Source: Neophaeotheca triangularis
Lineage: Eukaryota
DNA: 64,000 bases
Reading direction: 5' to 3'
NCBI GenBank assembly: GCA_054600435.1
Contig: BAAIJX010000064.1
Coordinates: 1-64,000, forward strand
Positions 21,301 to 31,179 of the stretch are shown piece by piece; position 1 is the stretch's first letter, and every line of letters begins with the position of its first letter. A program made the position numbers and the translations under genes. The notes under the pieces were generated by a model, which was given only the letters and a program-made list of their open reading frames with translations, had not been told where the DNA came from and made no database searches.

Positions 21301-22126
21301 AGGATGCCGTGGGACGTAGAGCTTGTAGAGCTTTGAGGATGCTCTGGGTATCTCTGGCTTGAATTTGAGGAGGCGAGGCGGTTGAAGACAGGCGCTGGGC
21401 CATGTAGCCGACCCACCAGGTCAGTCTTGACAGCCATCCGCCGTTGACTCCACCATTGTCGTCGGAAGCCCGCACTTCCGCGCTCGTTCCGCGTGTTGTG
21501 AGATGATCCTGAAACACCTTGTCCGTGACCATAATTTCGTTCAAGCTCTTGCCTAGAATATCCAGTCTCAAGCCAGCAGTCGGATCCTCATGCACGCAAA
21601 TATCCTCGGAAAGCATCTCAAGAATGTAACAGACCAGCCACGCGCTCGCCTGCTCGTTGTTGTCCCGCCAAGTCCAGATATCGAGCAGCTCTTTGTCCAT
21701 GTTCATCCACTCCTGACCCCAGCACCTCTTGGACATCTCGACCCACAAGGCGGCGATTTTGTTGCGAAGAAAGAGCGGATCCTGGACACGAATGGTGCCG
21801 GCAAGGACTTTGACCCATTTGCCGAGCTGCGCAATCTCGCCATCCTTGAGCTCAGCCCAGCGGTACTTGACGGAATGCTCCATTAGCTGCAAGCCGAAGT
21901 AGCGCACGGGATCTGGTTCGTCGACGCTGCTAGCGAGGTCGTAGCCGAGGTAGGGTGCGTCATGTTGGGCCTTGATGTTCTCGAGGATGTGAAGGTTCTC
22001 GAGGCGTTTGTTGTTGTTTAGACGAGGAAGAAGACTGGCACGGATACTGCGCTTAACGACTTGGACCTGGTCTTCTTGAGGTTGCGGTGGGTTGTGGTAG
22101 TTGGGGTTGTTGAATTGCTCGTTCAT
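18350..22126 (-). CDS. MSN5: Exportin-5 / Msn5 karyopherin
   Basis: About 1258-aa helical-repeat protein with VRYFGLQLME, FLRNKIAALWVE and LQDRFWQSGI motifs; first ATG at 22126. Confidence 0.88.
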   Translation of the reverse strand: MNEQFNNPNYHNPPQPQEDQVQVVKRSIRASLLPRLNNNKRLENLHILENIKAQHDAPYLGYDLASSVDEPDPVRYFGLQLMEHSVKYRWAELKDGEIAQLGKWVKVLAGTIRVQDPLFLRNKIAALWVEMSKRCWGQEWMNMDKELLDIWTWRDNNEQASAWLVCYILEMLSEDICVHEDPTAGLRLDILGKSLNEIMVTDKVFQDHLTTRGTSAEVRASDDNGGVNGGWLSRLTWWVGYMAQRLSSTASPPQIQARDTQSILKALQALRPTASWINFRSVLEADTIKALAAAFSLKDVKICLAVVEVMLAFLSRTTIEDTLQGSTQDIVVITFQSNLVEMIDAMYDITYSAPGGDDDKYTLQSKMSEALSMLAECIAAHPRLIYSEIPVGPFFNLMAKVLQSKSLTVSIPVLHSWTKVLACQNPKLVEIVAGYLGSLLQTSSERLLRYEVLPEDSDDETLQHLYEDFDQAPERHAFIGNYRRFCMSVIETLSLSRPVQALEFTLGQMKSMLAQGPYGTDRGFDPVSYSPVQLSVLQLDAQASVVAAALKGYSRWLRDSGALSADEQVEVVSAEKAQAAAVQYLQQWTMEICNMQIDDPEVAQHTLATLVAIIRTVHNPENEFVLHVVQYILTKRLHNDPSHAKYMEAVKGFEHLRVLELQKLALIFSTPLLDVYGELELKVATLVQELSEDAKIIWSYRAFLFIIIHRAAGIAKDVRLQRLQDILRPVYEAWQDPNLSSALSDFESFRQALDLGDLPQFYSEHGFDQVQDWHNQILNDAGKAKQKSINDRIASLPLRATKSLLAASTERTKEGSKELEIACALWAEVIPAMLPNLLGMIKQATAFNNMWSWKSLPDNLQVVLKRTLQDRFWQSGITSESKEAFLARVAGSKDSYEGFASTVRGATRNVREHAYHMLYMMATFEEQFFGVPNFGAALADALFEDAHALSTNHLQNLINLTTGLVRRCPPHHVHHFLPPVLKALFTKLDAKITAEWDTIREAGEREAEGDELTDEMRTESTLRQLTFSMTSFVPFLLAFGKQPGSGAHANGPPPSPIRAMVLSDPAILEPMMMFCTHALQMRDTRCCTTVTKVFRDLIPTFKDDAPPAPQVREFICTEVLKACITSIHDPYFHDIQRDLATVIANMLVIYFDKTETPARILMSLPNMSVSAVTDALNKLRKTASERQQRAIVLSLLEAVRGLSIYESGSVAKTPVRSSKAARSGMMAQFMQMDQDPTAATINKGDESTLEGIADLFGS

Positions 22127-22899
22127 AGTGAGCGATATTGTCCCCCTCACAGGGGAGAGGGAAGGTGGGAGATGTAGTGGGAGAGTGCTATGCGAGAGGG
22201 TGGTAAAGGATGGCGAGGTGAGGTTTCGAACAAATATTCGCAAGATTGGACTGGGTATCGGAGAAGGACTCGCTCAAAACACCGGTACGCCTCGCAGGAT
22301 GCTGAAGAAGTCGCTCAAGAAGAAATGCCGCCGCCCAGTACACACGCAAGGAGAAGACGTAGTATTCTGTGATCAGGTGGTCATGCTCTCGTGTGCTGCT
22401 TGTTGTTGTTGATGTCGGAGGGAGAGAGCGAGAGGAAGGCTGTAGGTGGTTGTAACTTGTGGGACCTGATGTTTAGATCCCTTATCGATAAGGTAACATG
22501 TCAATCGGCTTCGACGCGAAACATTCGCCGATGCTTCTAGCGCGCCGTCACATGCTTGCTTGCTTGTCAACCTTGGGCCTACTGCAGAGGGCAAGAATCT
22601 CCCTAAGTCGTGATGAAAGAAAGTCTTAGGAAGAGAACGATGGTGTTTTAGCAAGGCGCTTTTGGTCACCAAACTGGCTAATCCCCGAATTGTATGGTTG
22701 GCGGTGCACGGCCAATTGACAGGCCATGTATCGATTGCGAGCAACATTACAAACATCCATGACAGGATACAGCATTCGCATTGCTCTACGTATGGGAGCA
22801 CGATACTTCTCCCCGAACGCCAAAACCGAGTCTCTGTGGAGCCCCTTACCCGAAGCGCCATAACACGAGTACATATCGCCGATAAGCCCTAAACCAAAC

Positions 22900-24507
22900 T
22901 CAACCAAAAGGAAAACCCCCTGGGAACCCACCACCACCACCACCACCCTGAAACTTGAACCCGCCACCAGGGAACCCGCCAGGCCCAGACTGAAACCTGA
23001 AACCGCCGCCTCCGGGGAAGCCTCCAGGCCCAAACGGCGATCCCTGGAACGGAGAACCCTGTTGCCCAGCCATGGGATCATTAGGATCCTCACCGCGGTC
23101 GAAACGCTCCTTGAGTTCCGGATCGCTTAGAACTTCGTAAGCCTCGTTGATGGCCGCCATCTTCTTCTGCGCCTCCTCCTGGGTGAGACCGTGTTGGCCG
23201 GCCTTGTCGGGGTGATGGAGAACAGTGAGTTTGCGGAAGGCGCGCTTGATTTCGCGCTCGTCGGCGTCGCGGCCGACGCCGAGGACTTTGTAGTAGTCCT
23301 TTTGCTTAGAGCGCTTGAGGAGGGTCTGGGCTTTTTGGAGCAGTTCTTGCAAGCGTTGGGAGTTTCCGTTGGCTTCTTTGGCGTGGTTGAGGGTGCCGAT
23401 GCAGGGTTCGAATTCGTCGGCGTCGAGCTGGCGTTGGGCTTTGGAGATGAGGGCGGGGAGGCTGTCAGGGTTGTAGGTGAGGGCTTCGTCGCAGTAGGCG
23501 GCGGCCTTTTTCATGTTGTTCATTTCGGTGTAGGCTTCGCAGGTGCGTTCGATGAGGTGGGCGTAGAGTCCGTCGGATGCTTTCGGGTGGATGTAGCCGG
23601 CTTCGCGCCAGGTTGCAGTGTCGTCTTTGACTTCGGCGAGAAGGCCTGGGTCTTCGTTCTGTGGGACGAGAAGTTTGACTGCCGATGCATATTGCCGCTT
23701 TTCCATGAGCTGGTTGAACTTCTTCAGTGTTCGGTCGATGGCCTTTTGTGATTTGCGTAGCTTCGCGCATTCCTTGTTGTCTGGGTCGTTGTGCAGACAC
23801 TTGGAGATGGCCGTCATGCCCTTGTCGGTTTCCCCGAGTGAGTAGTAAGTCATGGCGGCGATCTTCAAGTGAGGCTCCGTCATGGCCGAAGCGATCTGGA
23901 GGACGTGATTGAGATCCGCAATACCCTCCATCACCTCGCCTTTCTCAAATCGGCATCTCGATCTCCGTTGCCGAATATCCAACGCCATACCCGCAACTAC
24001 GATCGCCGTCCCTGCTTGAGTGACACATGTCTCCCAATCACCGGCTTTCTCAGCATCAGCAGCCAACTTGGCAGCTCCTTCCGCCTCCTCGACATCCGCA
24101 ATCTCCTGCGACCCGATCTTTCCGGCCGCGGCATAATCCGCCTTTGCACCCTCCCAATCGGCAGCCCTCTCCTTCAACTTCGCCCTTTGCGTCAAAGCCC
24201 CCTCAAACCCCGGTTTCAGCACGAGGACCTGATCGAAGTCCTTGGTGGCCTGGGAGTTCCGGCCAAGGGATAGGTAAGTCGCGCCTCGCTTGAAGATGGT
24301 AAGGTAGTTGCCGGGGTCCTTTTGGATGGCCACGTCAAAGTAGGTGAGAGCATCGTGAGCGTTGCCTTGTGCTAGGTTCTCGTTCGCGCTGGATATGAGC
24401 TGAGATACGGGGGTGTCGGTTGGTATGTCGGCAGCCGAGAGGGCGGCGATTGGGGACGCGGAAAGGCAGAGAGCGCCCAGCGCGAGCAACGAGTGCCGGA
24501 GGATCAT
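22900..24507 (-). CDS. ER TPR + J-domain co-chaperone (DNAJC3/P58IPK-like)
   Basis: Signal peptide, TPR repeats, KDYYKVLG..HPDK J-domain and G/F-rich tail. Confidence 0.93.
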   Translation of the reverse strand: MILRHSLLALGALCLSASPIAALSAADIPTDTPVSQLISSANENLAQGNAHDALTYFDVAIQKDPGNYLTIFKRGATYLSLGRNSQATKDFDQVLVLKPGFEGALTQRAKLKERAADWEGAKADYAAAGKIGSQEIADVEEAEGAAKLAADAEKAGDWETCVTQAGTAIVVAGMALDIRQRRSRCRFEKGEVMEGIADLNHVLQIASAMTEPHLKIAAMTYYSLGETDKGMTAISKCLHNDPDNKECAKLRKSQKAIDRTLKKFNQLMEKRQYASAVKLLVPQNEDPGLLAEVKDDTATWREAGYIHPKASDGLYAHLIERTCEAYTEMNNMKKAAAYCDEALTYNPDSLPALISKAQRQLDADEFEPCIGTLNHAKEANGNSQRLQELLQKAQTLLKRSKQKDYYKVLGVGRDADEREIKRAFRKLTVLHHPDKAGQHGLTQEEAQKKMAAINEAYEVLSDPELKERFDRGEDPNDPMAGQQGSPFQGSPFGPGGFPGGGGFRFQSGPGGFPGGGFKFQGGGGGGGFPGGFPFG

Positions 24508-25178
24508 TGTTGCCTGATGTGGAAGAAATGTCTCCAACAGCAAGAGCTGGAGAGGTTAATGGTAGAATGTAGATGCGAGTTCGAAGAGGACAAGTAGGTA
24601 ATGGTAGGGTCCAAGGTTAATATCACACTAGGTACCTGGTACCTTATCGGACAGATGTCCGCAACTACTATCCTAGGTACACACGGACCGACTTCCCCAA
24701 GGGTCACTTCCTTCACGAGTCATGTACCTTACCTACCTGATGAAGTTGCCGCCGTGTACCCCGTGCAACCCATGGCTGTGTCTGTGGCTGGGGTGAAATT
24801 GATTGATCAAGCCACACGGCGTGGAGGTGACGTACGACTCCACCTCGTCGGCGTTGCCGCTTCTGGGAACGCTGGCACCATCATCACCACCGTCACCACC
24901 ACCACGACATCTCCTCCCCTCTCCGTACTCCTAGCGAAAAGTGGTTGTAATTGACAACAATCATTGACCGTTGAGTCTTGATTCCATACCTCACCGAAAC
25001 GACCGCACCCTTCCTTCCATCTTTTCTGTCTGATTTGCAACCATCATAGACTAAACCACCTCGGGACTATCGCCAGAGGCGGGAAAAGCACATGACCCGA
25101 TAAAAGATAATAAAACAGACAAACGCCTCAAGCTCCTCCGGGGCTCTTATCCCCCTTCCCACTCCCTCCATCGTCGAC

Positions 25179-27566
25179 ATGGCCCCTATGCGCATCCGCA
25201 TCGACGGCGGTACATTCCGCGACAAGCACAACCGCGAAGTCACCTTACACGGTATCAATGTAGCAGGCGATTCCAAACTGCCCCGATACCCTGACATGCC
25301 CTCTCATGTCAAAAACAAGTTCTTCCTCGGCGACAGCGTATCTTTCGTAGATCGACCCTTCTCCATGGACGAAGCTCACGAGCACTTTACCCGCCTGAAG
25401 CGATGGGGCTACAACACCATCCGCTACATCTTCACGTGGGAGGCGATTGAACACGAAGGGCCGGGAAAGTACGATGAGGATTTTATCAAGCACACAATCG
25501 AGGTTCTGCGATTGGCCAAGAGTTATGGTTTCTACGTCTTCATGGACCCCCATCAAGATGTTTGGTCGCGGTTCACAGGGGGATCAGGCGCGCCAATGTG
25601 GACAGTGTATGCTTGTGGTCTGGACCCGACGAAGTTTATCAATACGCAAGCTGCGCTCGTTCAAAACACATGGCCGAATCCGGCGGACTTTCCCAAGATG
25701 ATCTGGGCGACGAATTACACGAGGTTGGCTTGTCAGGTCATTTTCACCATGTTCTTTGCCGGCAAAGACTTTACACCAAAATGCGTCATTGATGGAAAGA
25801 ACATTCAGGACTATCTGCAGGATCACTTCGTCGCGGCGTGCAAACACCTAGCTCAACGAATACACGAGGCTGGGGATCTGGAAGGAGATGTAGTGATCGG
25901 ATATGAGAGTGTCAATGAGCCGAACAAGGGGCTTATTGCACATCCCGACCTTTCCGTCATTCCCTCCGAGCAGAACCTACAGAAAGGCACATCTCCTACA
26001 GCATGGCAGGCCATACTCACCGGTTCCGGACGCGCATGCGAGGTCGATACTTGGGAGTTTGGTGGTCTTGGTCCGTACAAGTCTGGCAAAGAGCTGATAG
26101 ATCCAAACGGGCAAATGGCCTGGCTCGACCCTAAGGAATGGTCAGATACCAAATATGGTTGGAAGAGGTCTGAAAGTTGGAAGTTGGGCGAATGTATCTG
26201 GGCACAGCACGGTGTTTGGGATCCTACCACTGACACTCTGCACAAACCCAAGTACTTCGCAAAGCATCCAAAGACTGGAGAAAAGCTGGACAACGAGTAC
26301 TTCATCAACAACTACTTCATGTACTACTACCGCAAATACCGCAATGCCGTTCGCGAAGTCTGGCCGGAAGCCATTATGCTTTTGCAACCGACGCCCTTCG
26401 AGATCCCACCATCGATTCAAGGCACGGAAGACGACGACTCCAACATGATCTTCGCTTCCCATTTCTACGATGGCATCACCCTCATCACAAAGAAATGGAA
26501 TCGTTTTTGGAATGTCGATGTTTTCGGCATCCTCCGCGGCAAATACCTCTCACCCGCATTCGCTATTAAGGTCGGTGAGACAGCAATCCGAAACTGTTTC
26601 CGCGACCAACTCTCAGCAATCCGGCAAGAAGGCATCGACTATATGGGCGTGCACCCTTGCATGTATACAGAAATCGGCATTCCCTACGACATGGACGACC
26701 GCTACGCCTACAAAACTGGCGACTACACCTCTCAAGCCCTCGCAATCGACGCCAATCATTTCGCAGTCGAACACAGTAAAGCGCAAGGCTTCACATGGTG
26801 GCTCTATAGCACCAACAATACTCACGAATGGGGCGACAGCTGGAATGGCGAAGACCTCAGCATCCTCAGTCACGACGACCGCGAGCTGCCACTCGAAGAG
26901 CATACTAGAGAGGACCACACCACCAGCAACAGCGCAACAAAAACCCCCGAAACCGACCCAAGCAGAGCAAGTTTCTCCGCCTCCCGCAGCAGCGACCCCA
27001 ACACCAAAACCATCAACCCCACTAACCTCAAAAAGACTCTCAGCGTCGACCGCATGAGCCATAACAGCAGCAGCACCACCACTCCCAACAACACCAACCC
27101 CAACAACGCCAAAGATACCCTAACCCTCGAAGAACGCCAAGGCAACACCCCGGGCTACCGCGCCGCCGAAGCTTACGTGCGCCCAACGCCCATAGCCACC
27201 GCCGGCGATATCCTCGACTACGGCTTCAATCTCCGCAACTGCGTCTTCACGCTGCAACTCTCGTGCAAAAACCCGGCACCCGCCGACGCGCCGACGGAAA
27301 TCTTCTTACCCGGTTTCCACTTCCCCGCGGACAAGTTGTCCGTGACTACGAGCGGGGGCAAGTGGAGTTTGAGCGCGGATGAAGGTGAGGGGGAGGCTAA
27401 GGGGTTGCAGCAGGTGTTGAAGTGGTGGCACCCTGCGGGTCAGGAGTTGAAGTTGGAGGTTTCCGGGGTGAAGAGGCGGGTGGGTATGGTTATGGGGAGG
27501 GAAGAGGAGGAGCCCGGGTATTTGCAGCAGTATGTGCAGATGGGGAAGAGTTGTGCTGTAATGTGA
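25179..27566 (+). CDS. GH5 endoglycoceramidase-related protein (EGCrP/sterylglucosidase-like)
   Basis: TWEAIEHEGPG, MDPHQDVWSR, NEP acid/base motif, TEIG nucleophile motif and WNGEDLS. Confidence 0.9.
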   Translation: MAPMRIRIDGGTFRDKHNREVTLHGINVAGDSKLPRYPDMPSHVKNKFFLGDSVSFVDRPFSMDEAHEHFTRLKRWGYNTIRYIFTWEAIEHEGPGKYDEDFIKHTIEVLRLAKSYGFYVFMDPHQDVWSRFTGGSGAPMWTVYACGLDPTKFINTQAALVQNTWPNPADFPKMIWATNYTRLACQVIFTMFFAGKDFTPKCVIDGKNIQDYLQDHFVAACKHLAQRIHEAGDLEGDVVIGYESVNEPNKGLIAHPDLSVIPSEQNLQKGTSPTAWQAILTGSGRACEVDTWEFGGLGPYKSGKELIDPNGQMAWLDPKEWSDTKYGWKRSESWKLGECIWAQHGVWDPTTDTLHKPKYFAKHPKTGEKLDNEYFINNYFMYYYRKYRNAVREVWPEAIMLLQPTPFEIPPSIQGTEDDDSNMIFASHFYDGITLITKKWNRFWNVDVFGILRGKYLSPAFAIKVGETAIRNCFRDQLSAIRQEGIDYMGVHPCMYTEIGIPYDMDDRYAYKTGDYTSQALAIDANHFAVEHSKAQGFTWWLYSTNNTHEWGDSWNGEDLSILSHDDRELPLEEHTREDHTTSNSATKTPETDPSRASFSASRSSDPNTKTINPTNLKKTLSVDRMSHNSSSTTTPNNTNPNNAKDTLTLEERQGNTPGYRAAEAYVRPTPIATAGDILDYGFNLRNCVFTLQLSCKNPAPADAPTEIFLPGFHFPADKLSVTTSGGKWSLSADEGEGEAKGLQQVLKWWHPAGQELKLEVSGVKRRVGMVMGREEEEPGYLQQYVQMGKSCAVM

Positions 27567-28351
27567 GTAGGAGAGAGTTGGGGATAAGGAGGAGGATTGG
27601 GCTGTTGGGCAGGCACTTCTATTTTTCGGTTGGCTGTCTTGCTCCCGTCGGGCTGGGTTGGGTTGAGATTCTGAATTGATTCGAGCCAGGCGTTCTTGTT
27701 GGATACCGGTAAAAATAGGGGCAGTGTTATGGTTGAACGTTGAGGGCTTCAGTTCGTAGTTCACGGACTAGTCACGAATTTTACCCGGGTACTCCTGAAT
27801 TGTACTATGTTTTGCTTTCGCTCCATATGCAGGGTCGGCAGTGAAGGTTGCATCTCCGACACATTTCGTGGTCGCCCAACACTTCTCTATCATTGTGGCC
27901 AATGTGTGAGCAGCTAACTTTCTAGCTAGTGATCAAGTTCTTTCGCTGAACGGAAAGTCGCTACCATCTTCACCTCTCGCGTCATTGTCTTTCAAATGCG
28001 TGCCTTCCCTCTCTGCCAATTCGTCAGCTCTGAGTGGCGCCAGACCGCGAACAAGACATGGTGACCACTGCGACCAGATCCCGGCTGCTTGGCTGGCGGT
28101 TTCCACCGACTCCTAGGATAACTGGCTGGGCTGTTTGTATGAATTCCAAGTCCTGTTCCCCTTGTTGACGCTGCAAGTTCCTTCACGTCGAGATTTTTGC
28201 CGCCATAGCCCACGTTGGCTTCCCAATGTTCGTTCCTTCTCTAAGACTCAAAACCTCTTGCAGCCAGATGCAGATAGTCGGCGCCTTCAGATGACTCCTT
28301 ATCGTGTCCCCTTCACGACTCAAAGACCTCGCAAGAGCTGCAGCTCAGCCC

Positions 28352-29251
28352 TTAGAGGTATCTCTTCTTCGGATCAATCGTATCAAGCACATCCATCGTC
28401 TTCTCATACATGGTGAAAACAATGCCACCACTAAACATCAGCCGGCCCAAACGCGGCAGCGCACCACTCCACAGCTTAAAAAACCCCTCGCCCTGCACAA
28501 TCTTAATCCCGCAATCCACACTATTCTTATAAGCGCCCCTGGCATCCAAACTTTGCATGCGCGTCTTGACCGTATCAATCGGCTGCGTAGCATACACGGT
28601 AATTGTCCCCGCCGCCGCTCCTAACCCAAACGTACTCAAAGCTCCCAACTTCTCACCAGGGGCCGCGTACCCTTGCGCCAACTGCCTCAGAAAAGTATAA
28701 GAACTGAATCTCACAGCCGAATTCGCCGCCTGCCTAGCCGTCGTGGGCACAAACCCCTTGAAGAAGCCCCTGATTCCCTGCTCCCTCGCAACCAATGCCG
28801 AACCGTGCAGGAACCCCCTCATCCTCGGCTGCGGCAACTTGCGATCATCGATCAGCTGCGTCTTCAAGCTCTCAAAAGGCGTAACAGCAAGCAAAGACTC
28901 CGTCGCACCGGCCAAGAACCCCGAAACCACCGTCATCGGCCCGCTGATACTGCCGTCCTCATTCCCAAGCAGAGTTTTGTACTGGTCGAAGGCTACGAAG
29001 CGCACGCCGGCTTTCAGGCTGTTGCCGATGATCAGGGTGGTGCAGCCTGCGTACCATTGGCGGCCGAAGGGCGGGAAGGGGAGTTTTTGGCCAGCGGAAA
29101 GGTTTTGGTTCAGTTGGACTCGCGTTTTAGCAAACTCTGCTGGGTAGGTGACGGCGATTTCGACAGCGCCCGCGGTGCTGCCTGCAATTATGCTGCGGAG
29201 GGGGGATGGTTTCTCTTTTTGCGGTGGGGCGGTGGCGCTAGAGGAAGACAT
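28352..29251 (-). CDS. CTP1: Mitochondrial citrate/tricarboxylate carrier
   Basis: Three carrier motifs (PAEFAKTR, PFESLKTQ, PIDTVKTR); GNSLKAGVRF and RQAANSAVRF. Confidence 0.9.
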   Translation of the reverse strand: MSSSSATAPPQKEKPSPLRSIIAGSTAGAVEIAVTYPAEFAKTRVQLNQNLSAGQKLPFPPFGRQWYAGCTTLIIGNSLKAGVRFVAFDQYKTLLGNEDGSISGPMTVVSGFLAGATESLLAVTPFESLKTQLIDDRKLPQPRMRGFLHGSALVAREQGIRGFFKGFVPTTARQAANSAVRFSSYTFLRQLAQGYAAPGEKLGALSTFGLGAAAGTITVYATQPIDTVKTRMQSLDARGAYKNSVDCGIKIVQGEGFFKLWSGALPRLGRLMFSGGIVFTMYEKTMDVLDTIDPKKRYL

Positions 29252-29614
29252 GGCGGTGGCTAGTGAGGGAGAGGGTTGGTTTGGTTAAAGAGGAAGAGGA
29301 AGAGGCGGTGGTTTTGTAGTGGGGAAGGCGTAGGATTGTTTTGGCTATCGCTGCGACTTCGCAATCGATGCCGAGGTGAGGTGAGAAGAAAGTTAAAGAT
29401 GCCTGATATCTGAGGCAGAATTACCTATTCAAGCTTAGACGTCCCCTCAATCAGCTGTATCAAACTTTCCTTGAGCATCAACTGAACATCATCTCCATCG
29501 ACCTACTACCAATCTTCCACTTTTCTACCTAATCGCGCTTTCCGGACAGGAAACCATCAAACGAAGCTTCACTGGGCTGAACAAAACCCTACTAATCATC
29601 CTCGGCCACCCATC

Positions 29615-30650
29615 ATGATGTCTCTCCGCGCCCTGACCCGGGCTCTTCCCCGTACCACCTCCCGTCTCACAGCAACCAGGACCTCTCTCCGCCCCGCCCT
29701 CCAAACCGCCGCCAAAACCAGCACATTTCCTATCTCCCGCACCACCGCCTCCGCCTTTAGCACCTCTCTCCGACGCAACGATGCCACAGCTCAAGAACTC
29801 GCAGCCAAGCTCTCGAGCGAAATGCAGCTGGAAAGTGAAAACGAAGCTTCAGCAGCCGGCTCGGAGTCGGCCACAGCCGTGCAGAAATTCCTCGACGAGG
29901 GCATCTGGGAAGTCCACGACACGCCCGGCGAGCAGGAAGTCACTCTCACACGCAAGTACGAGGATGAGCTCATCACCGTGCAGTTCAGCATCGTCGACTT
30001 CAACACGCCCATGATGGAGCACGACCAGGAGGATGACGATGCGTTGATGGATGAAGAGGACGAGGCGAGCATGGAATCCCAGAGCGGTGGTGCCAACACG
30101 AAGGGCGCCATCAACCAGGGCAGGACGCAAGGAGGAAACTTCAAAGTCGCGCCCGAGGATGAGATTGCACCGGCTGATCGTGAGGAGATGAGGGACCAGG
30201 AGGTAAGACGACACCAAACTCTCATTCCATGTTCGGGAAAAGGAAAAGAAAAAGAATCTCAAAGTACCCCTGACTAACTCTCCCGACCAGGACGAAACCC
30301 CCGCCTTCCCCGCCAACGTCACAGTGACCATCACTCGCCCGAATAAGGGCGCTCTCCGCGTCAACCTCACCTCGGAAGACAGCGAACTAACCATCCACTC
30401 CTTCACGCAACTGCCGGCAGGCGAGCTCGCCGACTCCAAGACCGCGGAAGCCGACCACAAGCGCGAAGCCCTTTACACCGGCCCGCCGTTCCAGCAACTC
30501 GACGAAGAAGTTCAGAGCCTAATGGAGCAATACCTGGACGAAAGAGGCATCAACACCAATCTGGCGGTTTTCATTCCGGATTACATTGATGTTAAGGAGC
30601 AGAAGGAGTACCTGGCGTGGTTGGGTAGGGTCAGGGGTTTCGTGGAGTAG
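29615..30650 (+). CDS. MAM33: Mitochondrial acidic matrix protein (exons 29615-30202, 30291-30650)
   Basis: R/T-rich presequence; C-terminal YTGPPFQQLDEEVQ..ERGI..KEQKEY..WL; canonical intron. Confidence 0.92.
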
Positions 30651-31179
30651 AGTTCTTAGGAAGTGGGAAAGGGTGTGGTTTGTGTGGATGAAGAGGAGTG
30701 GCAGGAGGATGTGCTGAAGTCGGCTTGGGTGCTTGTGTGCCCGGCTGTTGTCGTTGCGCTTTTGGCTGAGCGGTTCGCGGATGGCTTGCTTTGAGCTAGC
30801 AAACGAAGTGTGGAGGGAGGAGTTGGGTTGATTGGAGAACGTCTGGGAGATTTTCTCGTCTAGTTGGATGGCTTCGACGCTTTGGGACTCTTCCCTCTTT
30901 CCCCGCATGTCTGTTATGGACGATTGTAACTTTGTACAAATATATCCGGTCCTGCTTCCCCGTTTCTCCCGTATGTTTTCGACCCAATAACCAGCTCGGA
31001 TTGTCAAAAATGAGAGGAGCCCCTCGTCATGTTGAGGAAAGGTTGTCAGTAGCACTCATAACATCTAGAATATCATTCACGTGAATCTACGTCCCAGGTC
31101 TATTACACTACTTCCCTCCACGCCATTCCACTCCACCCACCCCACGCTCACCCTCCATTTCTTCCGCTCAGCCTACAAT